Made by a program: the position numbers and the translations under genes
The notes under the pieces: generated by a model
The model's input: the letters and a program-made list of their open reading frames with translations, nothing else
The model's database searches: none
Told to the model about the DNA's origin: nothing
Shown here: in pieces, positions 55,809-64,000 of the stretch
Layout of the letters: every line of letters begins with the position of its first letter
How positions within the stretch are numbered: position 1 is the first letter of the stretch
Assembly: GCA_027486585.1 (NCBI GenBank)
Contig: JAIXOU010000119.1
Span: forward strand, 17,061-81,060
Reading direction: 5' to 3'
Source of the DNA: Verrucomicrobiaceae bacterium
GTDB lineage: Bacteria; Verrucomicrobiota; Verrucomicrobiia; Verrucomicrobiales; Verrucomicrobiaceae
Length of the DNA stretch: 64,000 nucleotides

Positions 55809-57071
55809 GTGCGTTATCTCATCGTCCTCTTTTTATGGGCTCAAGCCTCAGCGGCAGAGCTTACGGTCTCCGCTTATCCAACGATCCAGGCTGCGTTGGA
55901 TGCAAATCCGAACCGTATGCTTTTTGTCCCAGCAGGTGATTATCCCATCACGGAGAAGATCCGCATTCGTGGTCAGCGCAGTGGGCTTTTTGGCCCTGGG
56001 CGCATCATTCAGCAGAACGCAGCTCAGCCGATTGTGGAGATCGAGGAAGCAACAGAGGCGGAAATCCGCGATCTGACGCTTACGCGGCCGGAGGGGAAGA
56101 TGGAGACTAGAAACGAAGGCATCGTGGCGATCAAATGCCGCGACCTCGTGATCGAAAATGTGCGTGTCATCGATAATCGCAGCTCTGCCGGTGCCATCAC
56201 GCTGCGCGAAAGTCAGAATTGCCGTATCAGCCGATGCCTTGTTAGAAACTACATGCGCGTCAGCATCGATGACCGAACCAAAAGCCCTGAGTGGGGTTAT
56301 GCCTTTAACTGCACTGATGGCACCGGCATTAGCATTAGCTACAGCACAGGCACGCTCGTTGAGGGCAACCGCATCATTGAAGAAAACTTGCGCCCCACAC
56401 CCGAGAACAAAGCCAAATACAAGCTGGGCGACTTCGTGAAAAAGAACCCGACCAAAGGCACGATCATGAACCAAAAAACTTGGGATGCCGGCTACACCGA
56501 CAATTGGCAGCAAGGCAGTGGCCTCATTGTTACTGCCCCCCAGGTCAGCGATCTCACCCGCATTCTTGGTAACCACATCGAAAATGCAGCCCAAGGCATC
56601 GACCTGCACTCCGATCATGTCATCGTCTCAAACAATATCATCACCAATTCTTTCATGGGCATGAAGGCCATGCATGGCAGCCGCAACGTCCTCATCACCG
56701 GTAACCAATTCAGCCGAAACTGCCTGTGGGCCATCGGCCTCATGCCTGGAGCAGCAGCTCATGCGGAGAATGCAGATGGTGGCTCCATCATCGCCAACAA
56801 CATCATTTCCGATTTTGGTCACGGGGATGCTCACTGGATTTGGGGTACTGAGCGTTCTCCTTTCAAGTTTGACACGGGTCAGCAGCCTGATGATCCACCC
56901 TTAACGGATGTCATTGTTACCGGTAATATGGTCCAAAGCGTAGGTGCGCCTCGCTATAAATATGCCGTTATCCTGCCAGCCGGCCCCAATGCCCCACGCG
57001 GCATGCATTTCTCAAACAATCTGTTTCATGCCGGCACTGAAGGTGAGACTAACCGAGACCTGCCCAAGTGA
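55809..57071 (+). CDS. Secreted right-handed parallel beta-helix protein
   Basis: TIQAALDA..LFVPAGDY.I start and repeated (V/I)xxNxI PbH1-like motifs; GTG start with signal peptide. Confidence 0.75.
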   Translation: MRYLIVLFLWAQASAAELTVSAYPTIQAALDANPNRMLFVPAGDYPITEKIRIRGQRSGLFGPGRIIQQNAAQPIVEIEEATEAEIRDLTLTRPEGKMETRNEGIVAIKCRDLVIENVRVIDNRSSAGAITLRESQNCRISRCLVRNYMRVSIDDRTKSPEWGYAFNCTDGTGISISYSTGTLVEGNRIIEENLRPTPENKAKYKLGDFVKKNPTKGTIMNQKTWDAGYTDNWQQGSGLIVTAPQVSDLTRILGNHIENAAQGIDLHSDHVIVSNNIITNSFMGMKAMHGSRNVLITGNQFSRNCLWAIGLMPGAAAHAENADGGSIIANNIISDFGHGDAHWIWGTERSPFKFDTGQQPDDPPLTDVIVTGNMVQSVGAPRYKYAVILPAGPNAPRGMHFSNNLFHAGTEGETNRDLPK

Positions 57072-57091
57072 TTGAGCTAGAGTGGTCGAGG

Positions 57092-58210
57092 CTAAGGATG
57101 ATATTCGCGGAAAGTCAGGCGCAGGGTCTTTTCTAGCTCAGGGATTCGCCATTTTTCTTTGGGATCGACGAGAGCTACAGAGACACCTTTTTTGCCGGCA
57201 CGGGCAGTTCTTCCGCTGCGGTGGGTGTAATATTCCAGCTGGTCAGGAAGCTGATGGTGAATCACAAAGGTCAGGCCTGCGACATCAATCCCGCGTGCGA
57301 CTACATCCGTAGCGATCATGAATTGTACGCGTTCTTTTTTAAAGGCACGCATGATTTTATCCCGCTCTTTTTGCATGAGATCTCCCTGCAAAACATCGAC
57401 GGATAAGCCTGCGGCAGTCAGCTCTCTACCCAGATCGACAGCACCCGCACGAGTGCGGCAAAAGATGAGGCCACGTGCGTCTTTTTGACGTCTGAGAAAA
57501 TCAGTGATGAACTCTGTTTTGTCCTCACGTTTGCAAATGGCAAAACGATGATCGATGTCTCGATTGACGATGTTACCTTGATCAATCTTGATCGACTTCG
57601 CGCTTGCCGACATGCAGCCTTTGATGAGCTGTTGGATTGCTTCGGGGAAGGTGGCGGAAAAAAGCCAGGTGCTGCGCCTGTTAGCGGCTAATTTTAGGAT
57701 CTCATTGAGTTGCTTTTTGAAGCCAAGACTGAGCATTTCATCGGCTTCATCCAGCACTAGGTATTGAATCGTTTCTAGGCTGAGTGATTCACGCTCGATT
57801 AGGTCAAGCAGGCGACCCGGTGTAGCGACGATGATGTGGGTCGGTCTGCGTAGTGATTCTTCTTGGCGGTCGATGTTATCGCCACCGCAAAGGACTTCGA
57901 TGAAGATTTTCTCGGTATATTTGGTGAAGCGAAAGAGCTGTTTGCCGATCTGCTTCGCTAACTCTCGAGTGGGGGCCACGACCAGTCCCTGAATCTCACG
58001 CTTGGTGGGGTCAATTTTTGTCAGTAGCGGCAGGCCAAAGGCAGCGGTCTTTCCTGTGCCTGTCTGTGCCTGGGCGATCAGGTCGCTACCGTCATCAATC
58101 AGAAAGGGAATAACGGTTTGCTGAACTTTGGTCGGCTTACTAATGCCTAGTTCTTCCAGACCACGAATCATGGTGGATGGAATTCCAAGCTCTTTAAAGG
58201 GGTGCATCAT
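57092..58210 (-). CDS. DEAD-box ATP-dependent RNA helicase (core only)
   Basis: Q motif, AQTGTGKT, PTRELA, TPGRLLD, DEAD, SAT, ARGID, HRSGRTARAG. Confidence 0.95.
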   Translation of the reverse strand: MMHPFKELGIPSTMIRGLEELGISKPTKVQQTVIPFLIDDGSDLIAQAQTGTGKTAAFGLPLLTKIDPTKREIQGLVVAPTRELAKQIGKQLFRFTKYTEKIFIEVLCGGDNIDRQEESLRRPTHIIVATPGRLLDLIERESLSLETIQYLVLDEADEMLSLGFKKQLNEILKLAANRRSTWLFSATFPEAIQQLIKGCMSASAKSIKIDQGNIVNRDIDHRFAICKREDKTEFITDFLRRQKDARGLIFCRTRAGAVDLGRELTAAGLSVDVLQGDLMQKERDKIMRAFKKERVQFMIATDVVARGIDVAGLTFVIHHQLPDQLEYYTHRSGRTARAGKKGVSVALVDPKEKWRIPELEKTLRLTFREYHP

Positions 58211-58339
58211 ACTCTGCTTTCCATCACAATACGATGAAATGCTAGCAGAATGAGTCAGGGGGTGAGTCCGATCTGGCCTAAATTTTGTCTTTCCCATTCA
58301 GCGGAGGGCAGGCTATAACCGTAAACTTATCTTCCCATC

Positions 58340-59464
58340 ATGCCTACCAAGAAACTCAATATTGCCGTCGTCGGCCTCGGATTCGGGGCAGAGTTCATCC
58401 CGATCTGGCAGCGTCATCCAAACACGAACTGCTATGCCATTTGTCAGCGTGACCCGAAAAAGCTGAAAACGATTGGAGACGCCTTTGGCATTGAAGTTCG
58501 GTATACGGACTTCCGTGAAATGCTGAAGGATCCAAAGATTGATGCTGTGCATATCAATTCCCCCATCCCCGATCATGGTTGGATGTCGATCGAGGCCTTG
58601 AAAGCTGGCAAACATGTCGCCTGCACAGTGCCGATGGCGACGAGTATCGAGGATTGCAAAAAGATCTGTGATCTTGTGAAGAAGACCGGCCTGAAATACA
58701 TGATGATGGAAACCGTCGTCTATGCCCGTGAGTTCCTCTTCATGAAGGAGCAATATCAAAAGGGCAAACTGGGTAAGCTACAGTTCCTCCAGTCGAGCCA
58801 TCAGCAGGATATGGATGGCTGGCCAAATTACTGGCCTGGCCTGCCGCCAATGTGGTATGCCACCCATTGTGTGGGTCCAGTCGTGGCTTTGGCAGGCACG
58901 CCTGCGGAATACGTGAGCTGCTTTGGCTCAGGCACCATCCGTCCTGAATTGGCCAAGCAATATGGCTCTCCTTTTGCGGTCGAAACGGCCCATGTGAAGT
59001 TCAAGGACAGCGACCTCAGCGCCCGCGTGATTCGCAGCCTCTTTGATACGGCTCGTCAGTATCGTGAAAGCATTGATGTCTATGGTGATAAGGCCTCCAT
59101 CGAGTGGCCGCTTATCGAGCATGAGCCGCTGGTTTTCCACACGGCCAAGCTGCCTGAGCATAAAATCCCAAAGCTGGTGAAGTCTCCTGATTACGCCAAA
59201 CTGCTGCCTAAGAGCATCCGAGATTTTACCACCAAGGGTGTCTATGATCTTGGCAAAAAAACCCATTTGAGTTTCGTCCAAGGCAGTGGTCACGGCGGCA
59301 GTCATCCTCACCTTGCCCACGAGTTTGCCATGGCTCTGACAGAAGGTCGTGATCCCTTCCCGAACGCTAAGCAGTCAGCGAACTGGACCTGTGTCGGCCT
59401 CTGTGCCCATGAGTCCGCTTTGGCGGGTGGCAAGATCGTTAAGCTTCCTGCTTTTACGGTTTAA
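58340..59464 (+). CDS. Gfo/Idh/MocA-family NAD(P)-dependent oxidoreductase
   Basis: IAVVGLGFG, DAVHINSP..H, AGKHVACTVPMA, YATH, GGSHPHL. Confidence 0.88.
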   Translation: MPTKKLNIAVVGLGFGAEFIPIWQRHPNTNCYAICQRDPKKLKTIGDAFGIEVRYTDFREMLKDPKIDAVHINSPIPDHGWMSIEALKAGKHVACTVPMATSIEDCKKICDLVKKTGLKYMMMETVVYAREFLFMKEQYQKGKLGKLQFLQSSHQQDMDGWPNYWPGLPPMWYATHCVGPVVALAGTPAEYVSCFGSGTIRPELAKQYGSPFAVETAHVKFKDSDLSARVIRSLFDTARQYRESIDVYGDKASIEWPLIEHEPLVFHTAKLPEHKIPKLVKSPDYAKLLPKSIRDFTTKGVYDLGKKTHLSFVQGSGHGGSHPHLAHEFAMALTEGRDPFPNAKQSANWTCVGLCAHESALAGGKIVKLPAFTV

Positions 59465-60912
59465 ACTGACTTTGGAATCAGCATTTCAATTGTCAGCCCA
59501 TTGGGCTGGCGGAGTTTTGCTGTCACCGTGCCGCCGCAGGCTTCAATGCAGCGCTTAACAATGGCGAGGCCGAGACCACTGCCACCTGTGTTTCTGCCGC
59601 GTGCGGCTTCTGGCCGGTAGAATGGCTCGAAGAGGCGTGGCAAGGTCTCTGGCGGCACACCAGGGCCTTGGTCGAGAATTTGAATGCAGAGGTGGTTGTC
59701 TCGGGTTCCAGCTTTGATTTCAATGCCTGATGCGTAACGCACGGCATTGCGTAAAACATTGCCAAAAGCTCGATCCAAGGCAGACCGAAGTGTGCGTATT
59801 TCTAGGTCATCGACTTCCAGTTGGATTTCAATATCTGGGGCCTCGCGGGTAATGACCTCATGGATGAGCTCACGTAAATGGATGTTCTCAGGTGCCTCGC
59901 GCTCGGGCAGAGTTTCGGCTTTTGAAAAAGCCAGGACTTCTTCGACGAGTTTGGCCATGTGCTGGAGTTCATTGTCGAGCTTCTTCAGGTAAGCCTCCTG
60001 ATCTGGTGTGCTACGCAGCTCTACCACACCAAGCGCCATTTGCATCCGAGCGATGGGGCTACATAACTCGTGGGCGACATCTGCCGTGATGCGGCGTTGT
60101 TGAGCGACGTAGTCACCCAGTTGAGCCGCCATGGTGTTTACAGATGTGGCTAGTTCACCGAGTTCGTCGTGGCGCACGCGAGTGATGCGTTCGTCGAATT
60201 TGCCATGAGCAATGCGACCAGCGGCTTCGTTAAGACCTCGGATGAAACCACTGATGCCACGCACAAAAGGCATCCAGATCAATCCTGAGATGAGTAGTGC
60301 AGCGACGATGAGTCCCAACCATGGACGGAGATCAAAGAATAAGCCGCCACCGCTGATCGAATCTGAAGCCATGACCAATGTCAGTGTTTTACCATCTTGC
60401 TGAACGAGGTCGAGGTGAATGCCCGCCCAATATCGCACGGGAGTCCCTGCGCGCATCATGAAACGCGGTTTCGGAGGTGCATCGGCAGGTCGTTTTGAAA
60501 TTGGGCCGGGCTGACGTCGGGGTGAGTTTTCTCCAGCAGGCCGACGGTCGATTAATTTCGGCAGAACTTCGCTTGGTATCTTAATCTTGGCACCATGAAT
60601 TTGCACGCCTTGCCTATCGAATAGGCCAAAGACGACACCATGTTCTTCATCGTGAACTCTGAGTCGAGCTTGCCACTCACTTTCCGGTAAACGAGAGAGT
60701 TCATGCGTCACACTTTCGCCAATGGCCGAGATTCGTTCGCCTGGCTCACCGGAGAGCATCCAGTCGAGACCGAGTTTGAACTCTGCTTTAAGGAAGCCAA
60801 AGCCCAACAGAGCTAAGACAAGGAGATTCACGATGAACCAGAGCAGGATCTTCGAATAAAGCGGGAGATGAAGCTTTGGCTTTCTAGGCTGGGCTTTGGG
60901 TAAAGCGTTCAT
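59461..60912 (-). CDS. HAMP-domain sensor histidine kinase (CpxA-like)
   Basis: Two TM helices, HAMP (DELGELA), ADVAHELCSP, NVLRNAVRY, DQGPG, GGSGLGLAI. Confidence 0.92.
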   Translation of the reverse strand: MNALPKAQPRKPKLHLPLYSKILLWFIVNLLVLALLGFGFLKAEFKLGLDWMLSGEPGERISAIGESVTHELSRLPESEWQARLRVHDEEHGVVFGLFDRQGVQIHGAKIKIPSEVLPKLIDRRPAGENSPRRQPGPISKRPADAPPKPRFMMRAGTPVRYWAGIHLDLVQQDGKTLTLVMASDSISGGGLFFDLRPWLGLIVAALLISGLIWMPFVRGISGFIRGLNEAAGRIAHGKFDERITRVRHDELGELATSVNTMAAQLGDYVAQQRRITADVAHELCSPIARMQMALGVVELRSTPDQEAYLKKLDNELQHMAKLVEEVLAFSKAETLPEREAPENIHLRELIHEVITREAPDIEIQLEVDDLEIRTLRSALDRAFGNVLRNAVRYASGIEIKAGTRDNHLCIQILDQGPGVPPETLPRLFEPFYRPEAARGRNTGGSGLGLAIVKRCIEACGGTVTAKLRQPNGLTIEMLIPKSV

Positions 60913-61607
60913 CGCGCTGGAATAACGAGTTGGTAGCCGTAGCCTCGAACAGTCTTAATAAAACTCGGGTTCTTGGGGTCGTCGCCGAGCTTTTTGCGAA
61001 GCGAGGAAATATGCATGTCGATGGCGCGGTCGAAGACATCCCACTCGCGGTCTGCGACTTCCTCGATGAGTTGTTCGCGTGTCTTTACTCGACCATGAGC
61101 CTTGGCCAATGAAAGCAAAAGGCCAAACTCAGCAGGCGTCACTTGCAGGGCCTCTGCACCCAGAATGACAGCATGAGACTCTGGATTGATTCGTAAGGGG
61201 CCGACAATGATCTCCTGCATCGGAGCCTGCGGGGCTGTCTCAGCGATCCAGCCTGTGCGCCGCAGCAGAGCCCGCAGTCGGGCGAGGAGCTCGCGAGACG
61301 AAAACGTCTTTGGCAAATAATCATCCGCACCTAGTTCTAGTCCAACGATGCGGTCCACTTCTTCGCCACGGCCGGTGAGCATCATCACGGGCACCTTCGA
61401 CTTTGCGCGAATGCGGCGGAGCACCTCAAAACCATCGCAGCCAGGCATCATGACATCTAGGATGATGGCAGCCCACTGTTCCGAGGTGGCGAGGTTAGCT
61501 CCGCGTCCGCCTTCGTGCTCCATTTCCACCTGGAAGCCCATTGGCTTGAGATAATCGGCCATGAGCTGGCAGAGTTCGGCGTCGTCGTCGATGATAAGGA
61601 TGCGCAT
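60909..61607 (-). CDS. OmpR-family response regulator (CpxR-like)
   Basis: ILIIDDD, LDVMMP, GADDYLPK, DMHISSLRKKL, TVRGYGY; ATGA overlap with the kinase. Confidence 0.95.
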   Translation of the reverse strand: MRILIIDDDAELCQLMADYLKPMGFQVEMEHEGGRGANLATSEQWAAIILDVMMPGCDGFEVLRRIRAKSKVPVMMLTGRGEEVDRIVGLELGADDYLPKTFSSRELLARLRALLRRTGWIAETAPQAPMQEIIVGPLRINPESHAVILGAEALQVTPAEFGLLLSLAKAHGRVKTREQLIEEVADREWDVFDRAIDMHISSLRKKLGDDPKNPSFIKTVRGYGYQLVIPAR

Positions 61608-61658
61608 GAGTCTCAGTGTGTCTGTTTTTGAATGCTGGGCTATCGTCTTTACCGTATG

Positions 61659-61676
61659 CTGACAAAGTTTTGTTAG
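61659..61676. promoter_or_regulatory. Imperfect palindrome CTGACAAA-GT-TTTGTTAG in a divergent promoter
   Basis: 7 of 8 arm symmetry, between the response regulator and the 2OG oxygenase. Confidence 0.3.
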
Positions 61677-61739
61677 TTTACGACTTGGGCGGTGAAAGAT
61701 TTGCCTCGCTATTGCTCTGATGCTCTCGCTGGTGGGCGA

Positions 61740-62336
61740 ATGATCGAGATGCTCAATGCAATAGACCAGTTTGGTTGGGCTTCGATGCCGGGTTGTCTCG
61801 ATGAAGCGGATTCATTACGCCTGAGAGCGGAGTGCGCGGAAGCCAATGAACGTGGTGATTTCAAACGTGCTGGTGTTGGGCGTGGGCTAAATTTACAGGT
61901 GCGTGAAGACATTCGGGGTGATCACGTGATGTGGCTGCAAACGGATGCCGCCTCGGTGGAACAAGTTGTCTATTTGGCAAAGCTAGAGGTACTGAGGCTC
62001 GCGCTGAATCAGCGGTTCTTCCTTGGCTTGTTCGAGTATGAGGGGCACTTTGCCATCTATCCTGAAGGCGCGTTTTATAGAGCGCATCTGGACCGTCATG
62101 CTGGCACGAATGACCGAATCGTGACGACCATTCTCTATTTAAATCCAGACTGGCAACCTGGTGATGGTGGCGAGCTGAAGCTCTGGACCACAGCGGGGGA
62201 CAAAGCAGGCGCTTTCATTCTGATTGAGCCCCGAATGGGAACCATGGTCTGTTTCATGGCTGGCGATTTTTGGCATGAAGTGATGCCAGCAAAGAAGACC
62301 AGGATGAGCATCACTGGCTGGTTCAGACAAAGGTGA
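61740..62336 (+). CDS. 2OG-Fe(II) oxygenase, prolyl-4-hydroxylase (EGLN/SM-20-like) type
   Basis: IRGD, HFAIY..GAFY..HLD, ILYLNPDW..GGEL, HEV, R.SITGWFR. Confidence 0.88.
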   Translation: MIEMLNAIDQFGWASMPGCLDEADSLRLRAECAEANERGDFKRAGVGRGLNLQVREDIRGDHVMWLQTDAASVEQVVYLAKLEVLRLALNQRFFLGLFEYEGHFAIYPEGAFYRAHLDRHAGTNDRIVTTILYLNPDWQPGDGGELKLWTTAGDKAGAFILIEPRMGTMVCFMAGDFWHEVMPAKKTRMSITGWFRQR

Positions 62337-62501
62337 GTTTAACCTGATTAAACGCCGACATTAGAACTTCAGGCTTTCGGTTTTCATTTGGTCTTGATGA
62401 TTATTTAACAAAAGACGCCATTTCTTCTCACCCATCCTTCCCAAGTCATACTGCAAAAACAATGCGTGTGATTCCGTCATTTAAACGTTAAGTCCCAGTC
62501 A

Positions 62502-63902
62502 TCAGCGCGGACTCAGAGGAAGCCTAAGTCTGAAGCTGCTGCCTTTGCCTATTTCACTCGTGACCTCGAGAGTAGCGTTGTGTTCTTCAGCGATGGCTTT
62601 GCAGATGGACAGACCAAGGCCTGCGCCGCCGGTCGTGCGATTACGCGATTCATCGGCGCGGTAAAAGCGATCAAAGAGATGTGGCAGGTGTTCTGGCGCA
62701 ATGCCGCAGCCGTTATCAGTGATGGTGAAGATGGCGTGATCGGAGTCAGAACGGGTTATTAGTTGGATCTGACCGCCATCCGGTGTGTGGTCGAGGGCGT
62801 TGCTCAAAAGATTGAGGACAACTTGGGAGAGACGGAGCGCATCGCCAGTGCAGAGCGCGGATGCAAGGTCGAATTGGAGCGCGATGTGCCTTTCTTCCGC
62901 AAGCGGCTGGAGAGGTTCCGCGGTTTCACGAACAATGATCGCGAGGTCGGCCGGCTCGTGTTTGACCTGAATCGCATCGCCATCGTGGGTGGCGAGGGTG
63001 AGCATGGATTCGGTGAGTTGATTAAGGCGGCGTGCGGCGCTGACGCAGGCTTCTAGAGTGCGCTGGTAGGTGGCGGCATCGCGTTCGCGAGTGAGTACTC
63101 GTTGCGCTTGCGAGAGGATGATGGCGACGGGTGTTCTCAGCTCATGCGCGGCATCGGCGGTGAAGCGTGACTGGCGGGCGAAGGTTGACTCAATCTGGGC
63201 GAAGGTGTCATTGAGGACGGTGGATAGGTGGCCCAGTTCGCTGCTGGCAGATCGCACGGGAATGCGCTCACTAAGATCACCGGTGGCAATGCGTTGGGCC
63301 GTGTCGACGATGCTGGTGATGGGGCGCAGAGCGCGTGAGGTGATCCACCAGCCGATGGCAAGAGCAAAGGCGAGCACCGAGGTGGCGATGATCGCAAGCC
63401 AACGTGCGTACTCACGCAGACTGTCTAATACAGGGGCAATGGAGCGGCCAACGAGTACGCATTCACCCGGTGGTGTGAAGGTGAAGATTTCGCGGAGATC
63501 ACTGCGGCTGCGCTCGCCTTGCAAGGGCTTATCTTCCTGCGGCCTCGGTGGGCGGTCAATCGGCAGCGGAGCTTTAGCAGAGCAGGCCCACTCGGTGCCG
63601 TCTCGGCGCCACACTGCGTAGTAGGAGTCCGTGCCATCACTGCCATCGAAGAGTGAGACTCGATTGGATGCGATTCGAAACTCGCGTTCTGCCCCCGGCG
63701 GAGGTGGGCGTGTGCCCTGTCCACGAGGAGCGATGAGTGAATCGGTGACGGCCCTCACTTTGAGTCGCAGTTCGGCATCCACTCGACGCAGTTCGTTGGC
63801 TGCCTGATAGCGATAAGCACCGACGGCAAAGCTTGTGAGCACGGCGGCGAGGAGAAAGCCATGCCAGAGTTGGATGCGGAGTCGGAGGGATTCAGGAAAC
63901 AT
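62502..63902 (-). CDS. Sensor histidine kinase (CusS/CzcS-like HAMP kinase)
   Basis: FTADAAHELRTP, NLLSNAL, DNGCGI, FDRFYRAD..R..GGAGLGLSI. Confidence 0.92.
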   Translation of the reverse strand: MFPESLRLRIQLWHGFLLAAVLTSFAVGAYRYQAANELRRVDAELRLKVRAVTDSLIAPRGQGTRPPPPGAEREFRIASNRVSLFDGSDGTDSYYAVWRRDGTEWACSAKAPLPIDRPPRPQEDKPLQGERSRSDLREIFTFTPPGECVLVGRSIAPVLDSLREYARWLAIIATSVLAFALAIGWWITSRALRPITSIVDTAQRIATGDLSERIPVRSASSELGHLSTVLNDTFAQIESTFARQSRFTADAAHELRTPVAIILSQAQRVLTRERDAATYQRTLEACVSAARRLNQLTESMLTLATHDGDAIQVKHEPADLAIIVRETAEPLQPLAEERHIALQFDLASALCTGDALRLSQVVLNLLSNALDHTPDGGQIQLITRSDSDHAIFTITDNGCGIAPEHLPHLFDRFYRADESRNRTTGGAGLGLSICKAIAEEHNATLEVTSEIGKGSSFRLRLPLSPR

Positions 63903-64000
63903 TATTCGATGGAGTAACCGAGCCCGCGACGGGTGGAGATGAGATCATGGCCGAGCTTCCGGCGCACGTTCGAGACATACACGTCGAGTAAATTGGAGAG
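63902..64000 (-). CDS. 3' end of an OmpR-family response regulator (partial)
   Basis: Manual translation ...SNLLDVYVSNVRRKLGHDLISTRRGLGYSIE*; TAA overlaps the kinase ATG (TAATG). Confidence 0.88.
   Translation of the reverse strand, partial: LSNLLDVYVSNVRRKLGHDLISTRRGLGYSIE

Noticed and set aside
55848-56618. 256-aa minus-strand ORF over the beta-helix gene
   Set aside because: Antisense shadow; the plus frame has the signal peptide and repeat pattern.
57092-58297. Extended N-termini in the ORF track (helicase 58297, pseudo-protease 28434, PhoD 44935, esterase 53993, oxygenase 61692) and the helicase QGD variant
   Set aside because: Downstream ATGs give proper signal peptides, domain starts or ATGA overlaps. 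QGD for HGD is a minor substitution with all core helicase motifs intact.
61740-62336. 2OG-Fe(II) oxygenase as the missing PhnY partner of PhnZ
   Set aside because: Motifs are EGLN/prolyl-hydroxylase type, not PhyH/PhnY type, and it lies about 55 kb from the cluster.
1-64000. rRNA, tRNA, CRISPR arrays, IS elements, prophage or defence genes
   Set aside because: No such signatures were recognised by eye. Intergenic gaps are short (about 500 bp at most), and none showed a tRNA cloverleaf or repeat-spacer pattern.

Overview
Bacterial window of moderately high GC with dense coding. PEP-CTERM tails, passenger-associated (PATR) repeats, DUF1592/DUF1552 genes and planctomycete-type cytochrome c domains point to the PVC group, most likely Verrucomicrobiota (inference). 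About 1-47 kb has a strong phosphorus-scavenging theme. It holds a phosphonate catabolic cluster (FAD amine oxidoreductase, phnX, Zn alcohol dehydrogenase, phnZ-like HD oxygenase, DUF5690 permease) with no phnW, phnY or phnCDE in the window. It also holds a PhoX-family phosphatase, a 3019-aa multi-domain surface phosphatase/nucleotidase and a PhoD-family enzyme. The most striking unexplained module lies directly behind the PhoX gene: a translationally coupled operon of three HflK/HflC-type SPFH proteins, a P1B ATPase with a non-canonical IPC metal motif, and a membrane-anchored unknown. Other oddities are a triad-dead HtrA/PDZ protein coupled to a cytochrome c'-like protein, an orphan Tat-exported Rieske protein, a kexin-like protease, a shared C-terminal domain on large secreted proteins and an orphan ECF sigma factor. 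The right third has DUF1592/DUF1552, sulfatase, esterase and beta-helix genes, a DEAD-box helicase, a Gfo/Idh/MocA oxidoreductase, a 2OG-Fe(II) oxygenase and two two-component systems. I saw no rRNA, tRNA, CRISPR array, transposase or integrase. All family assignments come from motif recognition by eye, without database searches.
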